A stretch of 63,875 nt of DNA, filler included, from Octopus bimaculoides (Eukaryota), in NCBI RefSeq assembly GCF_001194135.2. It is 5 parts of 5 records of this genome, joined end to end, with 100 filler letters (N's around TTAATTAATTAA, not from the genome) between each part and the next. Parts side by side here need not be neighbours in the genome. Positions count along the whole stretch, not along the records: positions 1 to 23,225 come from NC_068983.1; 4 more parts are not named here. One strand, 5' to 3'. The position numbers were made by a program, and so were the translations under genes. How positions within the stretch are numbered: position 1 is the first letter of the stretch; each line of letters begins with the position of its first letter. The notes under the pieces were generated by a model. That model had not been told where the DNA came from, did not search any database, and worked only from the letters and a program-made list of their open reading frames with translations. This document shows, in pieces, positions 1 through 12,450 of this stretch.

Positions 1-17
1 CGACGCTCTTCCGATCT
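1..17 (+). other. Illumina adapter remnant (assembly artefact)
   Basis: CGACGCTCTTCCGATCT is the 3' end of the TruSeq universal adapter/read-1 primer, at the very start of the sequence. Confidence 0.95.
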
Positions 18-50
18 TATATAGTAGCAACTAGTAGTGACTAGTAGTAG

Positions 51-440
51 CATTCAACTGCGACTTTGATGTGGCTACTCGCTTTACTGTTTAGTATACG
101 TTACTATATCTCTTCTAGAGATTTTATAACTAGCTATTTTGCTTGCTGCAAATCAGTGACCGCTGGTCACTTTGTTTACAATATATCCCTGGCAGAAGCG
201 GATCTTAGCTATCTCTCCACTGCTCAGGTGCGCGTGGCTGACGAAGAACAAAATAGCTCGAAACTGGACCAGTCCTGCGATCCTGTGAGCTGCTGGAGAG
301 TAATAGGGGTTTGCTCCAGCTGCTAGTGATGTATATAAAGGGTGCAGAGCTTGCACCGAAAACCAGCTGGTAGAGAATCCGCCTGGGGTTAAACTTGTAT
401 AACATTTAACTGCCATTTTGATGTAGCTACACGCTTTACT
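51..440 (+). mobile_element. 352-nt hammerhead-containing unit with 38-nt terminal direct repeat (retrozyme/Penelope pLTR-like)
   Basis: 51-88 cattcaactgcgactttgatgtggctactcgctttact recurs at 403-440 with 5 mismatches. One HHR lies inside, the core is GC-richer than the flanks, and (TA)n follows. Confidence 0.65.
222..290 (+). ncRNA. Type I hammerhead ribozyme, near-intact
   Basis: Stem I cgtgg(233-237)/ctgcg(275-279), extendable with gctcagg/cctgtgagc. CTGACGA 238-244, extra A, stem II gaac/gctc (one A.C mismatch), GAAA 260-263, stem III ctgg-a-ccag, GUC with cleavage after 274. Confidence 0.8.
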
Positions 441-475
441 ACATATATATATATATATATATATATGGTTGGATG

Positions 476-832
476 TATAAAAGATAATAAGAGTGAAAAA
501 ACTATAGAAGGCTTGTGTTACATGGTTAAAGTATATATTTAAATTATGTCAGAAAAATGTTATAAAATCTTTTTGGTATATAAACATTGTATTTTGAGAA
601 ATAACCGGTTTCGTGTTCACTCCAGTCTGGAAAGAAGAGAACTCTTCTTTCCAGACTGGAGCGAACACATGTTACAATGAAGTAGAGAAATTTGAAAAAA
701 CAACACGAAACCGGTTATTTCTCAAAATACAATGTTTATATACCAAAAAGATTTTATAACATTTTTCTGACATAATTTTAATATATACCTTAACCATGTA
801 ACACAAGCCATCTGTAGTTTTTTCACTCTTAT

Positions 833-843
<11 letters not shown>
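476..843. repeat. Near-perfect palindrome (2-nt spacer at 640-641) between (TA)n tracts
   Basis: 479-639 is the reverse complement of 642-840 apart from about 5 substitutions and a deletion in the left arm bounded by a GTGTT microhomology. Confidence 0.95.
685..723 (+). ncRNA. Decayed type I hammerhead motif in right arm of palindrome
   Basis: Perfect 7-bp stem I gagaaat/atttctc, core TTGAAAA (vs CTGANGA), GAAA 707-710, palindromic stem III ACCGGT, GUU triplet. Stem II is not recognisable. Confidence 0.5.
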
Positions 844-874
<31 letters not shown>

Positions 875-1139
875 TTTAATATACGTAATTATAAAATAGC
901 TACTAATAGTTTCACACTTTAAATGTATCTCCAAGCAATCTTTCCGGCTCAGTTCATGACATTAGATGTTTGTAACTCTTGACCTCAATGCGGAGTACTG
1001 GGTTGGTGTCCCACGCAGGATATCTCACTAAACGTTTACTGATAGAGGGACAATGGTATTTTGAGGCAACCACTCTAGAGATGGTGTCTCGATAAAAATA
1101 TATTGGTGGCCGTGACACGTTATCACCACTTTTCTCTAG

Positions 1140-2616
1140 ATGAGAGTAAAGAATAAAAGAATTAGTACAAACAACGGCGTAAATGAGGACAGAACTTCAG
1201 GCGATGGACTCTCACCCGGCAAGTCCTGTGAGTGAGCAGCACAGATTTGTTCGTCATTACATGACATCTAGAACGAAATGGTCTAGGTCGGTGAATGTAG
1301 CTGTCACGGAATATCATTTTTGGAGCAATCCCATTGATGGCGAACGAAGCCCATAAGAAGATATAGAAAGAGAACGCGTGTCATCTGGATAGAGACGCAG
1401 GGCTTAGATATTACGGAACAGAGACTGTGTAACCATGCAAGGATAATATGGACGAACAGATGGTTAACAGCATTAAAGCTAGATGAGATTTAAAAGAGGA
1501 TGACGATTGAAAATACAATGAGTGAAGATGAAGTGAACATGAGTGAAGATGAAGTGTATGTTGACGAGGTTGTAATGAAGGAAGTTGTTCAAGAGAACAA
1601 CGCTGGTTTAAATTTTGAGAATATAGAGGGCCTGAGCGATGACAGGGGAATTATCGAAGACATCACGATTATCATTCAGAAAAAGTCTGAACATGGAATA
1701 AAATGTATTCAAGAAAGTGGATAAACTCGGTGAGTGAACTTAGAAGATGAATAATTCCTGAAAGTAATTAAGACGGTTAATATAACTAGAATGAATATAT
1801 TGATTAAAACTCGTATGATTTACATAGGCAGGAAAGTAAGTCTTGAAGCAACTGTAAAAGAAGAAATGCAGCGAAACTGCCTTGGTGGAAAAGAAGAATG
1901 AAACAATCAATGAACGAACTATGGAAGCATATCAGCATCCTGGAAAGAAAGAAACAAGGTGAAATCAGGAAGAAGGATAAATAACAGGAACTAGAACGTA
2001 GATATTGGATCATGAAAAAAGGAGTTAAATGCATTCTTGAAGAGCTAAAACAAAGACTGCAGGTTAAAGCTACAAACATTAAGAGATGTAATCAAAGAAT
2101 TGAACGTTTTCAGATCAATAAATTGTTCCAACAGGGTCAGAAATGGATTTAGCTGCAGCTGAACGGAAAGGTTAATAGCAATGTAAAAATGTAAGAGGTT
2201 TTGGAGTAACATCTGGAATAACAGTATGAGTCATAAAAAAGATGCTCAATGATTAATGGAATTCAGATAGGAGAAATATGAAGGGAAACAGAACAATATA
2301 AGAATAACAACTGAAATAGTGACCGAGCAGAAAGCAAAAGTTCAAAGCTGAAAATCCCTAGGTCCGGATAGGATACAAGGATACTGGCTAAAAAATTATC
2401 CGGCATTACACGAAGGAATAGCTGCAAATCGATGAGATGATCAACAACGGCGGGGAAATCCCAAAGTAGATGACCACAGGCAAAACAGTCCTTCTCAAAA
2501 AGGACCCTGGTAAGGGTAATGTAGTGGATAATTACCAGCCAATCTCCTGCCTAACGTCGATGGAGAAGTTGATTACTAGTGTAATATCTAACTTCACGTA
2601 CAATTTCGTAGAATGA
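1140..2616 (+). mobile_element. R4/Dong-type (RLE) non-LTR retrotransposon, decayed N-terminal to early RT region
   Basis: Broken frames give ITEQRLCNHARIIWTNRWL, LEELKQRLQVKATNIKRCNQRIERFQINKLF, KSLGPDRIQGYWLK and TGKTVLLKKDPGKGNVVDNYQPISCL, typical of R4/Dong ORFs. Many stops and frameshifts. Confidence 0.85.
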
Positions 2617-3344
2617 CAAGCTGCTTGTGTACTCATAGATTATATCATAACATATAATCCAACGTCTTGAGTTAAAATTTTAACCAGCTAAGATTTCAAA
2701 CAGGTTAAAATTCATACATCAACCACGACAAAATCATTGTCGTTGGATTAATGGTACTGAAAAAAAATATATGCAAATATATAGGAAACTTAGGTGTGGC
2801 CTGAACGGGCATGCGAAAGTTCAAACAGCTATAGTATCTAAATTCACACGTTTAAATTAGTTTATGGTTAATATTGGCGTTAATAACATACATGCTGTAG
2901 CCTTGACGTTAAAGTTCATCAGATATTTTTTTCAGTTAAACGAGACACTAGGACACAAAATCTCTGGGCAAAAAAGGCCATAAAACTTTTATCAACTTGT
3001 CCTATTCTGACCAATTTAAGTACAGTAGGTACACACGTACTTACCCACACGTTCCTAGACACATAAATATATATATATACGAAACCACATATACATACAT
3101 ACGTACATACATATGTATAAACACACCTATATATATATACACACATACAAACACACATATATATACTTACTTACACATGATACATACATATGTATACTTA
3201 CAAATATATACAGATAAATATACGCACACACACGTAGATATATTCCAAATATATGTGTACACGCATCTACAAATATATATACGCATACATATAAATATAC
3301 ACCCACATACATATATGTGTATACTTACATAATATATATAAGAT

Positions 3345-3760
3345 CCACTACTCTTATCTATTTGGAACATGGTATAATTATTTCTCAAAGCTTGTTCCTG
3401 AGCGTTGCATATTCCTCAGTGCACCCTTTCAAATCACTCTTCCCCAGCCACCTCCAGGTATTGATCTTGTCTTTTCCTTCTATTTTCCTGAAGTATTGTG
3501 CATGCTTCATTTTCATTTTCTTGTTGTTCAATCTTTGTTCTTTTTGCATCTTAAATGTTCATGGGTGCGTCACAATTTCAACAGTACCAATTAAAGATTC
3601 AATCCGCTGTCTGACCATTGACGTACCATTGACAACAAAGAGTTTGCATCCCATGAGACCTCTTCCTCCCATTCTGTCATCAGCACCATTCTGTCTATCA
3701 GAAGTTCATCATGCTTCCCTTCTCAAGGTGATGCTGCAACTGTGTTAGCAAAGAAATTAG
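3345..3760 (-). mobile_element. R4/Dong-type LINE fragment (post-RT region)
   Basis: Minus frames give HAQYFRKIEGKDKINTWRWLGKSDLKGCTEE, then ICNAQEQALRNNYTMFQIDK, the conserved ETE...AQEQAL.TN.I region. Confidence 0.8.
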
Positions 3761-4367
3761 AAGGTTAAAATTTGTTTCTATACATAATGGAAGACTTCAT
3801 TTCAAAAAAAAAAAAATTGACAACATACTAAATTTCAATTGTGGTGCAAAAATTTATGCGATAACAATAAAAAGAATACGTTGTCTTCGGGTAAAATTCT
3901 GGGCCAAAAACGCTTGACTTGAAACTAAGCGTATCTGCTGAAAATTCAGTAATCACATTAAAGAATATTCAAGAAAACCTCTGGTATACTCACACAGAAA
4001 CGCTTCTATTAACCTCTCATGCATAGAGTATTTTGCCTACAGGGTACGCTGGAAGGCTTTTTCTTCGAAAGGAATGCGATATAACTCATAACTGTATGAA
4101 TTTCTTAGTTGAAACCTGAAAGTTTCTGCTGCATAATGCATTTTGTAAAGAATATATATACATATTTATATGATTATATATATATATATATATATATATA
4201 CGCTAAATTTAAAACATCAAAATAGAATAAAACTTGTTCCATCAAAAACTAGCAGAACGTGTGAAAATTATTCAAGATTTAACCATTTCAATCAATACTG
4301 ATATGATCAGAAATATATATGAAAAATGTTTTAAATCTTATAACATTTTATTAAACAGCACTTTCAG

Positions 4368-4447
4368 GGAAACAAAAACACGTAATAATATCCTGTACTA
4401 CATCAGCGGTGAAGGAGAAAATATCACTACCAATCCAAACATCGAAG
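4368..4447 (+). CDS. Candidate internal exon (ETKTRNNILYYISGEGENITTNPNIE), unidentified
   Basis: tttcAG acceptor, G|GTAAAG donor, open frame, and phase-compatible with the 8323 candidate. No homology recognised. Confidence 0.25.
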
Positions 4448-5139
4448 GTAAAGTATGCTCGCTTTAAAAAGACAGTACACCCCTCTCAAAGACCATAAAG
4501 CGAACTTCTTAAACAATTCATTAACCTGAAACATGAAGCATTAACCCCACCACTAAAACTTGATCAGCTATTCTAAAAGAAAAAATAACTTGTTCTGAAT
4601 AGATTTAACAACAAAATCCGAAACAATCATTTAAGTTAAACGTTCTGTAGCATTTCAATCCTAAAATCTGTTTAAAATATCTATAACAAATGCAACGAAT
4701 CAATTTGAAATCATTGATAACAGCGCTACCATAAAGAAGCCATACGTTTTGAGAATCGATACTTTTCCTAACACCTAACAGCACTCTTACATCGCAGAAA
4801 ATAACACAAAATATACTACTTGCAAGAAAGTCTGCTCTGTTTTTTTTCTGTGCAAAAAAAAAAACATACTGATATTTTCCTTTTTCTAGAAAGCTGACAC
4901 CCTGTATCCCCCCCTTTCTCTCTCTCTCTCTCTCTCTNNNNNNNNNNNNNNNNNNNNNNNNNNNNNNNNNNNNNNNNNNNNNNNNNNNNNNNNNNNNNNN
5001 NNNNNNNNNNNNNNNNNNNNNNNNNNNNNNNNNNNNNNNNNNNNNNNNNNNNNNNNNNNNNNNNNNNNNNNNNNNNNNNNNNNNNNNNNNNNNNNNNNNN
5101 NNNNNNNNNNNNNNNNNNNNNNNNNNNNNNNNNNNNNNN

Positions 5140-5181
<42 letters not shown>

Positions 5182-5350
5182 TACATACATGTATACATAT
5201 ACATATACGCATACATATATATACATACATATATATAATATATTTATACATATGTGTGCGTTTGTATATTAATATATATGTGTGTATATATGTCTATACA
5301 TATGTATATATGTATGTATGTGTGTGTATCTATGTATGTGTGTGTGTATG

Positions 5351-5406
<56 letters not shown>

Positions 5407-6396
5407 CATAGATATGNNNNNNNNNNNNNNNNNNNNNNNNNNNNNNNNNNNNNNNNNNNNNNNNNNNNNNNNNNNNNNNNNNNNNNNNNNNNNNNNNNNN
5501 NNNNNNNNNNNNNNNNNNNNNNNNNNNNNNNNNNNNNNNNNNNNNNNNNNNNNNNNNNNNNNNNNNNNNNNNNNNNNNNNNNNNNNNNNNNNNNNNNNNN
5601 NNNNNNNNNNNNNNNNNNNNNNNNNNNNNNNNNNNNNNNNNNNNNNNNNNNNNNNNNNNNNNNNNNNNNNNNNNNNNNNNNNNNNNNNNNNNNNNNNNNN
5701 NNNNNNNNNNNNNNNNNNNNNNATATATATATATATATATATATATATACATTTATATTTATGGAAATATATTCACACACACATAGTCATATATCTATTC
5801 AAAGGCATACAATCAGAACCTATACGTATAATTAAAAATGTCATTGCCTATTTTCGTTACTTTGCTAGAGATTCATATGTAGCCTAAACTATTAATCACT
5901 GAATTGGAATATTGAAAACTGTCCAGACATATTATTTGATATTTATATTTCCTTATTATATACCATATATGCGTACAATTGAAAATTTCGAAACGGAAAG
6001 GCATTATAAACAACGTTAAATAAAGATTTTGGTGTTGAACATTAATTTTGTCACGAAAAACATATTTATAATCGTGTATTTCATTGGCAAAAGGTTACTG
6101 ACTGTTCTGCCTGATAGCATTCTGCAATGAAAGAACTACGTTTACTTTGTTTTGTTTGGTTTTGGATTTTTTTCTCTCGTGATTTTTTTCTAAATCTTAT
6201 TTTTTATCACTGATAATTGTTTAAAACTTATTGCTTTCAACTGCACGCGCGAACAATAGTAATGTCTTAACACAGACTCACACACTTACGCACACATATA
6301 TTAAAAATATACGTGAATATAAATATAAAGATACTTATTTCATATATTACATATATGTTTAAAAGTGTGCGTAAAGATATATATATATACATGCGC

Positions 6397-6443
<47 letters not shown>

Positions 6444-6954
6444 TATCTTTCGATTTTTGCATATTATCTAGACAGACATTTTACATCTCCCCTCCAAAAT
6501 CTTTTTTAAAAAATGTGTTTCCTTTTCGAAATAAGTTGCCAATCTGAAATTGCTCTGACTTGTATCAAGTTTGCTTGAAATAAGAAAAGATTTTAATTTT
6601 TACGTTACTACCTTAATAATATGAGTAAACTGGGCTGCTGAGAAATGAAAAGAAATATCTAGAGTCATAATTTTATTTATGGTAATAAACGGCTTTTAGA
6701 TATTTATTTATTCATTTGTTTCGCTCATTCAGGAAAGCAAAAATATTTCTGTACATCTCCCCAGTATTGTTGGTTTTATTTCCGATGTCGCACTTATATG
6801 CCCCTAAATCGAAAGAAACTTAATAATTTGGAGCACCAGAGTATTAAAAATATATTAAAAGAAATAAATCCTATCATAAGAAACAACAATTCAAAAACAA
6901 GTCCACAATATTTTTTGTTCGTATGATTCATTCTTGTTTCGACTTTTTATCTTC

Positions 6955-7380
6955 TAGTCGAGAAGGACAGTCGTGTGATTGATTTGGTGTTGCAGGCAGA
7001 GCAGTTTGTATTTTTCTCAACCGCTCTTCACACATAGTAATCCATGGGATTATAATTGTGGGAATTAAGAGGAGAGAAATTTGGGCTAGTGAAATTGTAA
7101 AAATTCTCCGACAACCACTTTTGACTCTTTCAGGAGGTATGGTAAGGTGCCAGATCCTACTTCCACAGATATGACCTTCTACTAGTAATCCTTTCTAGGT
7201 AGAGATTGGAAAGTCTCCTGTAACTTAACACCGTCTTATAGACTTTACAATGCTCACAGATCTTTGAGCAGCTGTCATGATGTCAGCATTCTGATAACCG
7301 GTGCGAAGCATTGTGATACAGGTAACTCTTTTCCAATATTCAGATGGCTTCCAATCTTCCATGCCAGCTAACTTTTTCTC
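6955..7380 (-). mobile_element. Internally deleted DD37D (maT-type) Tc1/mariner transposase remnant
   Basis: N-terminus MEDWKPSEYWKRVTCITMLRTG. The catalytic segment D-LAPYHTS*KSQKWLSENFYNFTSPNFSPLNSHNYNPM-D has exactly 37 codons between the aspartates. Confidence 0.8.
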
Positions 7381-8322
7381 AACAATTTCAATCGCTTGGC
7401 CCGCAAACACCATGGACTGTTCACCAAGACATCAAGCTGTTTCTGAAGAAAAGGAGATACTCTCATGTTGAAACCTTTGAGACAACGACGAAGTTCACTG
7501 GTGCACAAACATTACGCATATCACTGATAAAAGCAGTGAAAAACTACACGACTTAATGATAGCCTTCATTAATGTCATTTTCTGGAGTCGCTGTTTTCAT
7601 AAACACTAGACGTGAAAAAGTGATTAACAGAATGGACAAGTGAGTGGAAACCTTGTGCTACAACTTTCTCAGGAATACAGAGGTGAATGCTATTGATATG
7701 TTTGCAAATATAGTCACCTTAACTGCATCTGTTTCATTTATGTTTTGCATTGCAAAAATTTATATATATGATATCGTAAATATATGAGGTTGGAAGAAAT
7801 TCGGCAAAAGTTTAGAGGGACCGAGAACTTGAATTTCGTGTTTTTGATTATTGTGCTTGCGATGAAGGGAGAACTGGAGGAATTTGAACGAGAGTATTTG
7901 TAGGTACAAGGCATTTACAAATTTAGAGATTTCCGCCCCTATCTCAGGAAGAGTCAATAGAGTTTGTATATCTTTTCGAATACTCATACGCACATATATC
8001 TAATTCAGATAGCTGGTAAATAATGTACGGAACTGAAATTTGCTTATTTGAAGAAAGCAAACAAGGTCCTAGTAAAAATTGTTAGTGTCACTGAAAAAAC
8101 TGGAAATGTTTTTAAGAAATCCAGATTTAATTTCACAGAAATTTATTTTTTATATTTGAGGAAAAAATCTAATTTTTGTTTGCAAGCAAGATAACAACCA
8201 TGATAAACAATTTTTGTTTCCTGTTTCCTGCCAAAGGGAAGAATTTAATTAATTTAGAATGTTTCATGTATGCTAATTTGTACATCAGCACCTAACTGAA
8301 TTACCTTTGTTTTTGCTTCTAG

Positions 8323-8370
8323 CCCACTTGAATGGAGTAAATAGACTAGAAAAGAAGTATGACACCATAT
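8323..8370 (+). CDS. Candidate 48-nt internal exon (HLNGVNRLEKKYDTI), unidentified
   Basis: CTAAC branch-like motif at about 8292, long pyrimidine tract, TAG acceptor, GTATGT donor, one open frame. Confidence 0.35.
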
Positions 8371-8849
8371 GTATGTAAACAAAATACATGTGTATGTATA
8401 TTATGGTGATTGTTATAAACATAATCATACCTTTTGAGCCTCGCAGCGGAAAGTGAACAAAATATTTACACTTGGGATATTATCTCTCCGTGAACGGGAA
8501 AAGTGGGGTTAATTTCTCTGATTTCGAGTCCTCTTAGATTTTGAGTTCTCTTAGATTTCGAGTCCTCTTACATTTACTTATCTTCTATCCACATAGCGAT
8601 TTGAAGCTTACAGCTATTGGTAGCGTATACAAACTAAAGTTTGTTTAAACAGCTCAGTCTTATTTGTATAAAAAGTAAACTATAATACCTTTACTTTTAA
8701 AATGAATGTATCATTTTAGCTTCGATGTGAAAAATAATTTAGGTGGTTGATTCACAGACTTATTTCTTCCGTCAGCAGGAAAATAAGTGACCGGTTTGAG
8801 TATGCTTGGAATCGTATATATTTTTAAACAAATAATTTGCATATCAAAT

Positions 8850-9600
8850 TATCCAAAACCGTTCAGTAATGCAAAATAGATTAGAGTCATCAGCGAAAAT
8901 TCTAAATGTTGCTGTGTTTCATGACGTCAGTGATGTCGTTGATGTAATTAATATAGAGAAGTATGCCTTACACAGTGCCTTGTAGGACTCCACTGATGAT
9001 TCTTGTCGAGATTGATCCATATATACTGGCTTCTGTTCACCAGAAAACATTCAGCCAATGTTAATAATTTTCTTCAGACCCCAATGTTGGTCAGTTTCTT
9101 TAATAGGATGGTTTAGTCATCTTTGTCGAATACCTTGCTGAAGTGAAGACAGATGTATGAGCTATGTTAGGAAGTCACTGTCATTGTAGAAACTATGCTG
9201 GGAATAAATAGACTGTCACTTACCAGGCAGTGAGTTACTCGAGATCTCACCACTCTCTCAAATAATTTGATGATATGAGACGTAAATGAAATCGGTCGGA
9301 AATTTATTGCCAGCGATTTGTTGCATTTTTTGAAAATTGGGACAATCTACTGCGATAGGAAATTATCGGGAATATATCCAGTGTCCAGTGATTTCCTCCA
9401 GAAAATAGCTAAATGGAATGCTAGTTGATGTCGGCACACCTTCTGACCTCTAGAAGAGAAACTGTCAGGGCTTGCAGCTGTGTAGTTGGTAAATTTGTTT
9501 GTAGCTGCTATGACACCTGGGGTGCCAAATTAGATAGGGTGCGCTGGAAATCTGTTTCAGTATTTTGTTAGGATTAACCATGTTGGGATTGTGGTAAGTA
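8850..9600 (-). mobile_element. CR1/L2/Jockey-group LINE reverse transcriptase fragment
   Basis: Minus frames give SLDTGYIP..IVPIFKK..NFRPISFTSHIIKLFER, DFSKVFDK, SGVLQGTV..LLYINYINDI and RIFADDS. Confidence 0.9.
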
Positions 9601-9617
9601 GAGCAGTATTTCATATG

Positions 9618-10537
9618 TAAGAGTGAGTATCACAAAGTTCCCGGGCTATATATTAAATTTAAAAAATGACTTATTTACCTAATTTTTTAGATAATCTCCT
9701 TTGAAATGGTCACCTTGCACAGCAATACATCATGTTCCTGTCACTTTTGAAATCCGGCATGGAAGTCGCTTTCCGTAAGTTAGTCGAGGACCTTCTGCGA
9801 TTCGCTCTGGATTTCGACAACGGTGTTAAAACGGCGAGCTTTGAGTTGAATTTTCATCTTGGCGAACAGAAGAAAGTCCGCAGGTGCTATTTGCGAATAG
9901 GGCGGGTACGGAAGCGATGCCATGCTGTTTTTGGCATGAAACTTTCGAGCGGGGAGGTTTCGGTGACAGGGAGTATTGTCGTCGTGAAGATTCCAGTTCT
10001 TCGTACTCCACACATCCACAGGTCGCTTTCGAGAACGTCCTCTCTCAAACGCTTCAAAATGTCGGTGTAGAACTCTCGATTGACGGTCTGACCACAGTGC
10101 ACAAATTCTCGATGCACAATATCACATTTCCGGGGATGACGCCTGTGGCAGGTCTTCCAGATCACTCATCTTCCAGGAACGTTCTTCCGCTTTTGAAGTG
10201 TCTGTGCTACTCAAAGCACTGCGTAAGACCGATTGCCTAGTCACCGTAAGCTTACTAAAGCATGCTCAATGTCTCTGTTGTAGACTTCTCAAGTTTAACG
10301 CAAATTTTCACGTTGACTTTTTGTTTCAGCTTCCTATCCATGACAAAATTGCGGAATACAGCATACACATGATCACAAAAACGTAAATTTCACAATTTGC
10401 GAAGTAAACACAGCAATGGCGCTCGGCACATTGCCTCATAAAGGTAACTGCTAGCTCTCACTGCGCATTCAACCGTGTGCTGCTATCTGTTGGGGCGCTA
10501 TGGGACTAGTCTGGGAAAATTTTGATACCACCTCGTA
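9618..10537 (-). mobile_element. Internally deleted mariner (DD34D) transposon
   Basis: Imperfect TIRs at 9618-9648 and 10506-10537 (TACGAGGTGGTATCAAAA.. type) with TA ends. Remnants KFCVKLEKSTTET, GQTVNREFY, HDDNTPCH and YSQIAPADFLLFAKMK. The central region is deleted near 10125. Confidence 0.9.
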
Positions 10538-10955
10538 TATTCATACACAGGGTTACATATTTACCTATGCACATGCATAAACGTAATTTACACGAGACCC
10601 CATGCAAACTGATAACATCGTCTAATCGTTTAGTTTAATGTGATGTAGGCTGATGTATATAACTGTATATCACAACATATATACATATTTTTGTTAGTAA
10701 TGTGTAGTTTATAAAGTCAGTATGTACTGAAGCAAATTGTCAACTTCTTATTCGGTTCAATCCTTACAGCAAAGCTGCATGCGTTTTCGCAACTATACGA
10801 GATTATACATGTACACATATTTGATATGAGATATGAAACAGCTTCGTAGCCATAATTGATGGACTCAGTGCATATGTAATGTATTAATGCTATACAATTC
10901 TTTGTGCCTTATAAATATAAGTAGATATATCTACCTGTGATCTTCCGCCTCTCTC

Positions 10956-11025
<70 letters not shown>

Positions 11026-11899
11026 NNNNNNNNNNNNNNNNNNNNNNNNNNNNNNNNNNNNNNNNNNNNNNNNNNNNNNNNNNNNNNNNNNNNNNNNNNN
11101 NNNNNNNNNNNNNNNNNNNNNNNNNNNNNNNNNNNNNNNNNNNNNNNNNNNNNNNNNNNNNNNNNNNNNNNNNNNNNNNNNNNNNNNNNNNNNNNNNNNN
11201 NNNNNNNNNNNNNNNNNNNNNNNNNNNNNNNNNNNNNNNNNNNNNNNNNNNNNNNNNNNNNNNNNNNNNNNNNNNNNNNNNNNNNNNNNNNNNNNNNNNN
11301 NNNNNNNNNNNNNNNNNNNNNNNNNNNNNNNNNNNNNNNNNNNNNNNNNNNNNNNNNNNNNNNNNNNNNNNNNNNNNNNNNNNNNNNNNNNNNNNNNNNN
11401 NNNNNNNNNNNNNNNNNNNNNNNNNNNNNNNNNNNNNNNNNNNNNNNNNNNNNNNNNNNNNNNNNNNNNNATATATATATATATATATATATATACATTT
11501 ATATACAGTGGTATCGTACAATGACTATATACAATTACGTATGTCTGTATATATATATGTACGATAACCTAAACTTACGGAATATTTTAGCAATTTTCCA
11601 GTTTCATTAATTATTCCAATAATAGTAATTGTAAATACTCATTTTATCGAGTGTTTTCTGGTATATTTGTTCGCCAGCTGATGCACCAAGTTAGATATCC
11701 AACGATCTCAAATAATCATAGGTAGGAATTTAAAGTTGTAGTATGAGCATATACCTTTTTTGTTCGTCATATGTGTTTTTCGTTTCCCTATCTTTAACTT
11801 AGTCAGTATTACTAGTGACTTCGAAGTTATTTTTGGTACATGTTTGCAATTCAAAAGGGTCTTATAAAAGAGTGATCCTTATGATTTTTTGTGCTGATA

Positions 11900-12450
11900 C
11901 ATTATTCTATCTTCCATGTGATCGTTAGCATTTTCCATTATGAAATTAGAATACTTGGCCTTGCCCTCTGGTGTGATTTCGTTTTATCAAAAACTGTGAA
12001 ATATATGCTGCATAGAGATCTTCTTCTAACTTCTATGGTAGATGACAGAAAAAGTAATGTATAATCGATGAAGGTGTCATTAGGAGGTAATGGTTACTAC
12101 GAAGCCTTCAGTCGTCAAAGAATAGGCTGAGGCATCTCAACAGTAACAACAATTACAGCCTTTATCAATTTTACGTTACAACTATGATCTTCGAAAAATT
12201 GATCGGTCCTCTAAGTGTGACCATTTTCTCCTTATTGTCAACATTATCTATTTTACATGTAGTTACAATTTTATTGACGTTTAAGTGAGCGATGACAAGG
12301 TTCTCTCACAAAACTCAAATCCAGTACATTTTTATAGAATAACATGAAACGTTTCAGCGAAGACTTAATCAGTGTTCCTTTTTTCTAATATTCGACAATA
12401 TTATCTACAGCATTATAATGTGCAGTGAAAGAGATATACAGAAAACAAAA
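11900..12450 (-). mobile_element. Possible highly decayed LINE (RTE-like) RT remnant
   Basis: Only weak YADD-region-like similarity (HYNAVDNIV) read by eye. Confidence 0.25.

Noticed and set aside
960-1075. Possible HDV-like ribozyme upstream of the R4/Dong ORF (tgtccc..gggaca pairing)
   Set aside because: Only a P2-like helix is visible. P1, P3 and P1.1 could not be assigned.
7760-7993. 77-aa minus ORF and short plus ORF in non-repetitive-looking sequence
   Set aside because: No splice support or recognisable similarity, and the length is within chance expectation.
8521-8571. Three 17-nt tandem repeats (atttcgagtcctcttag)
   Set aside because: No spacers, so not CRISPR-like. An ordinary small minisatellite.
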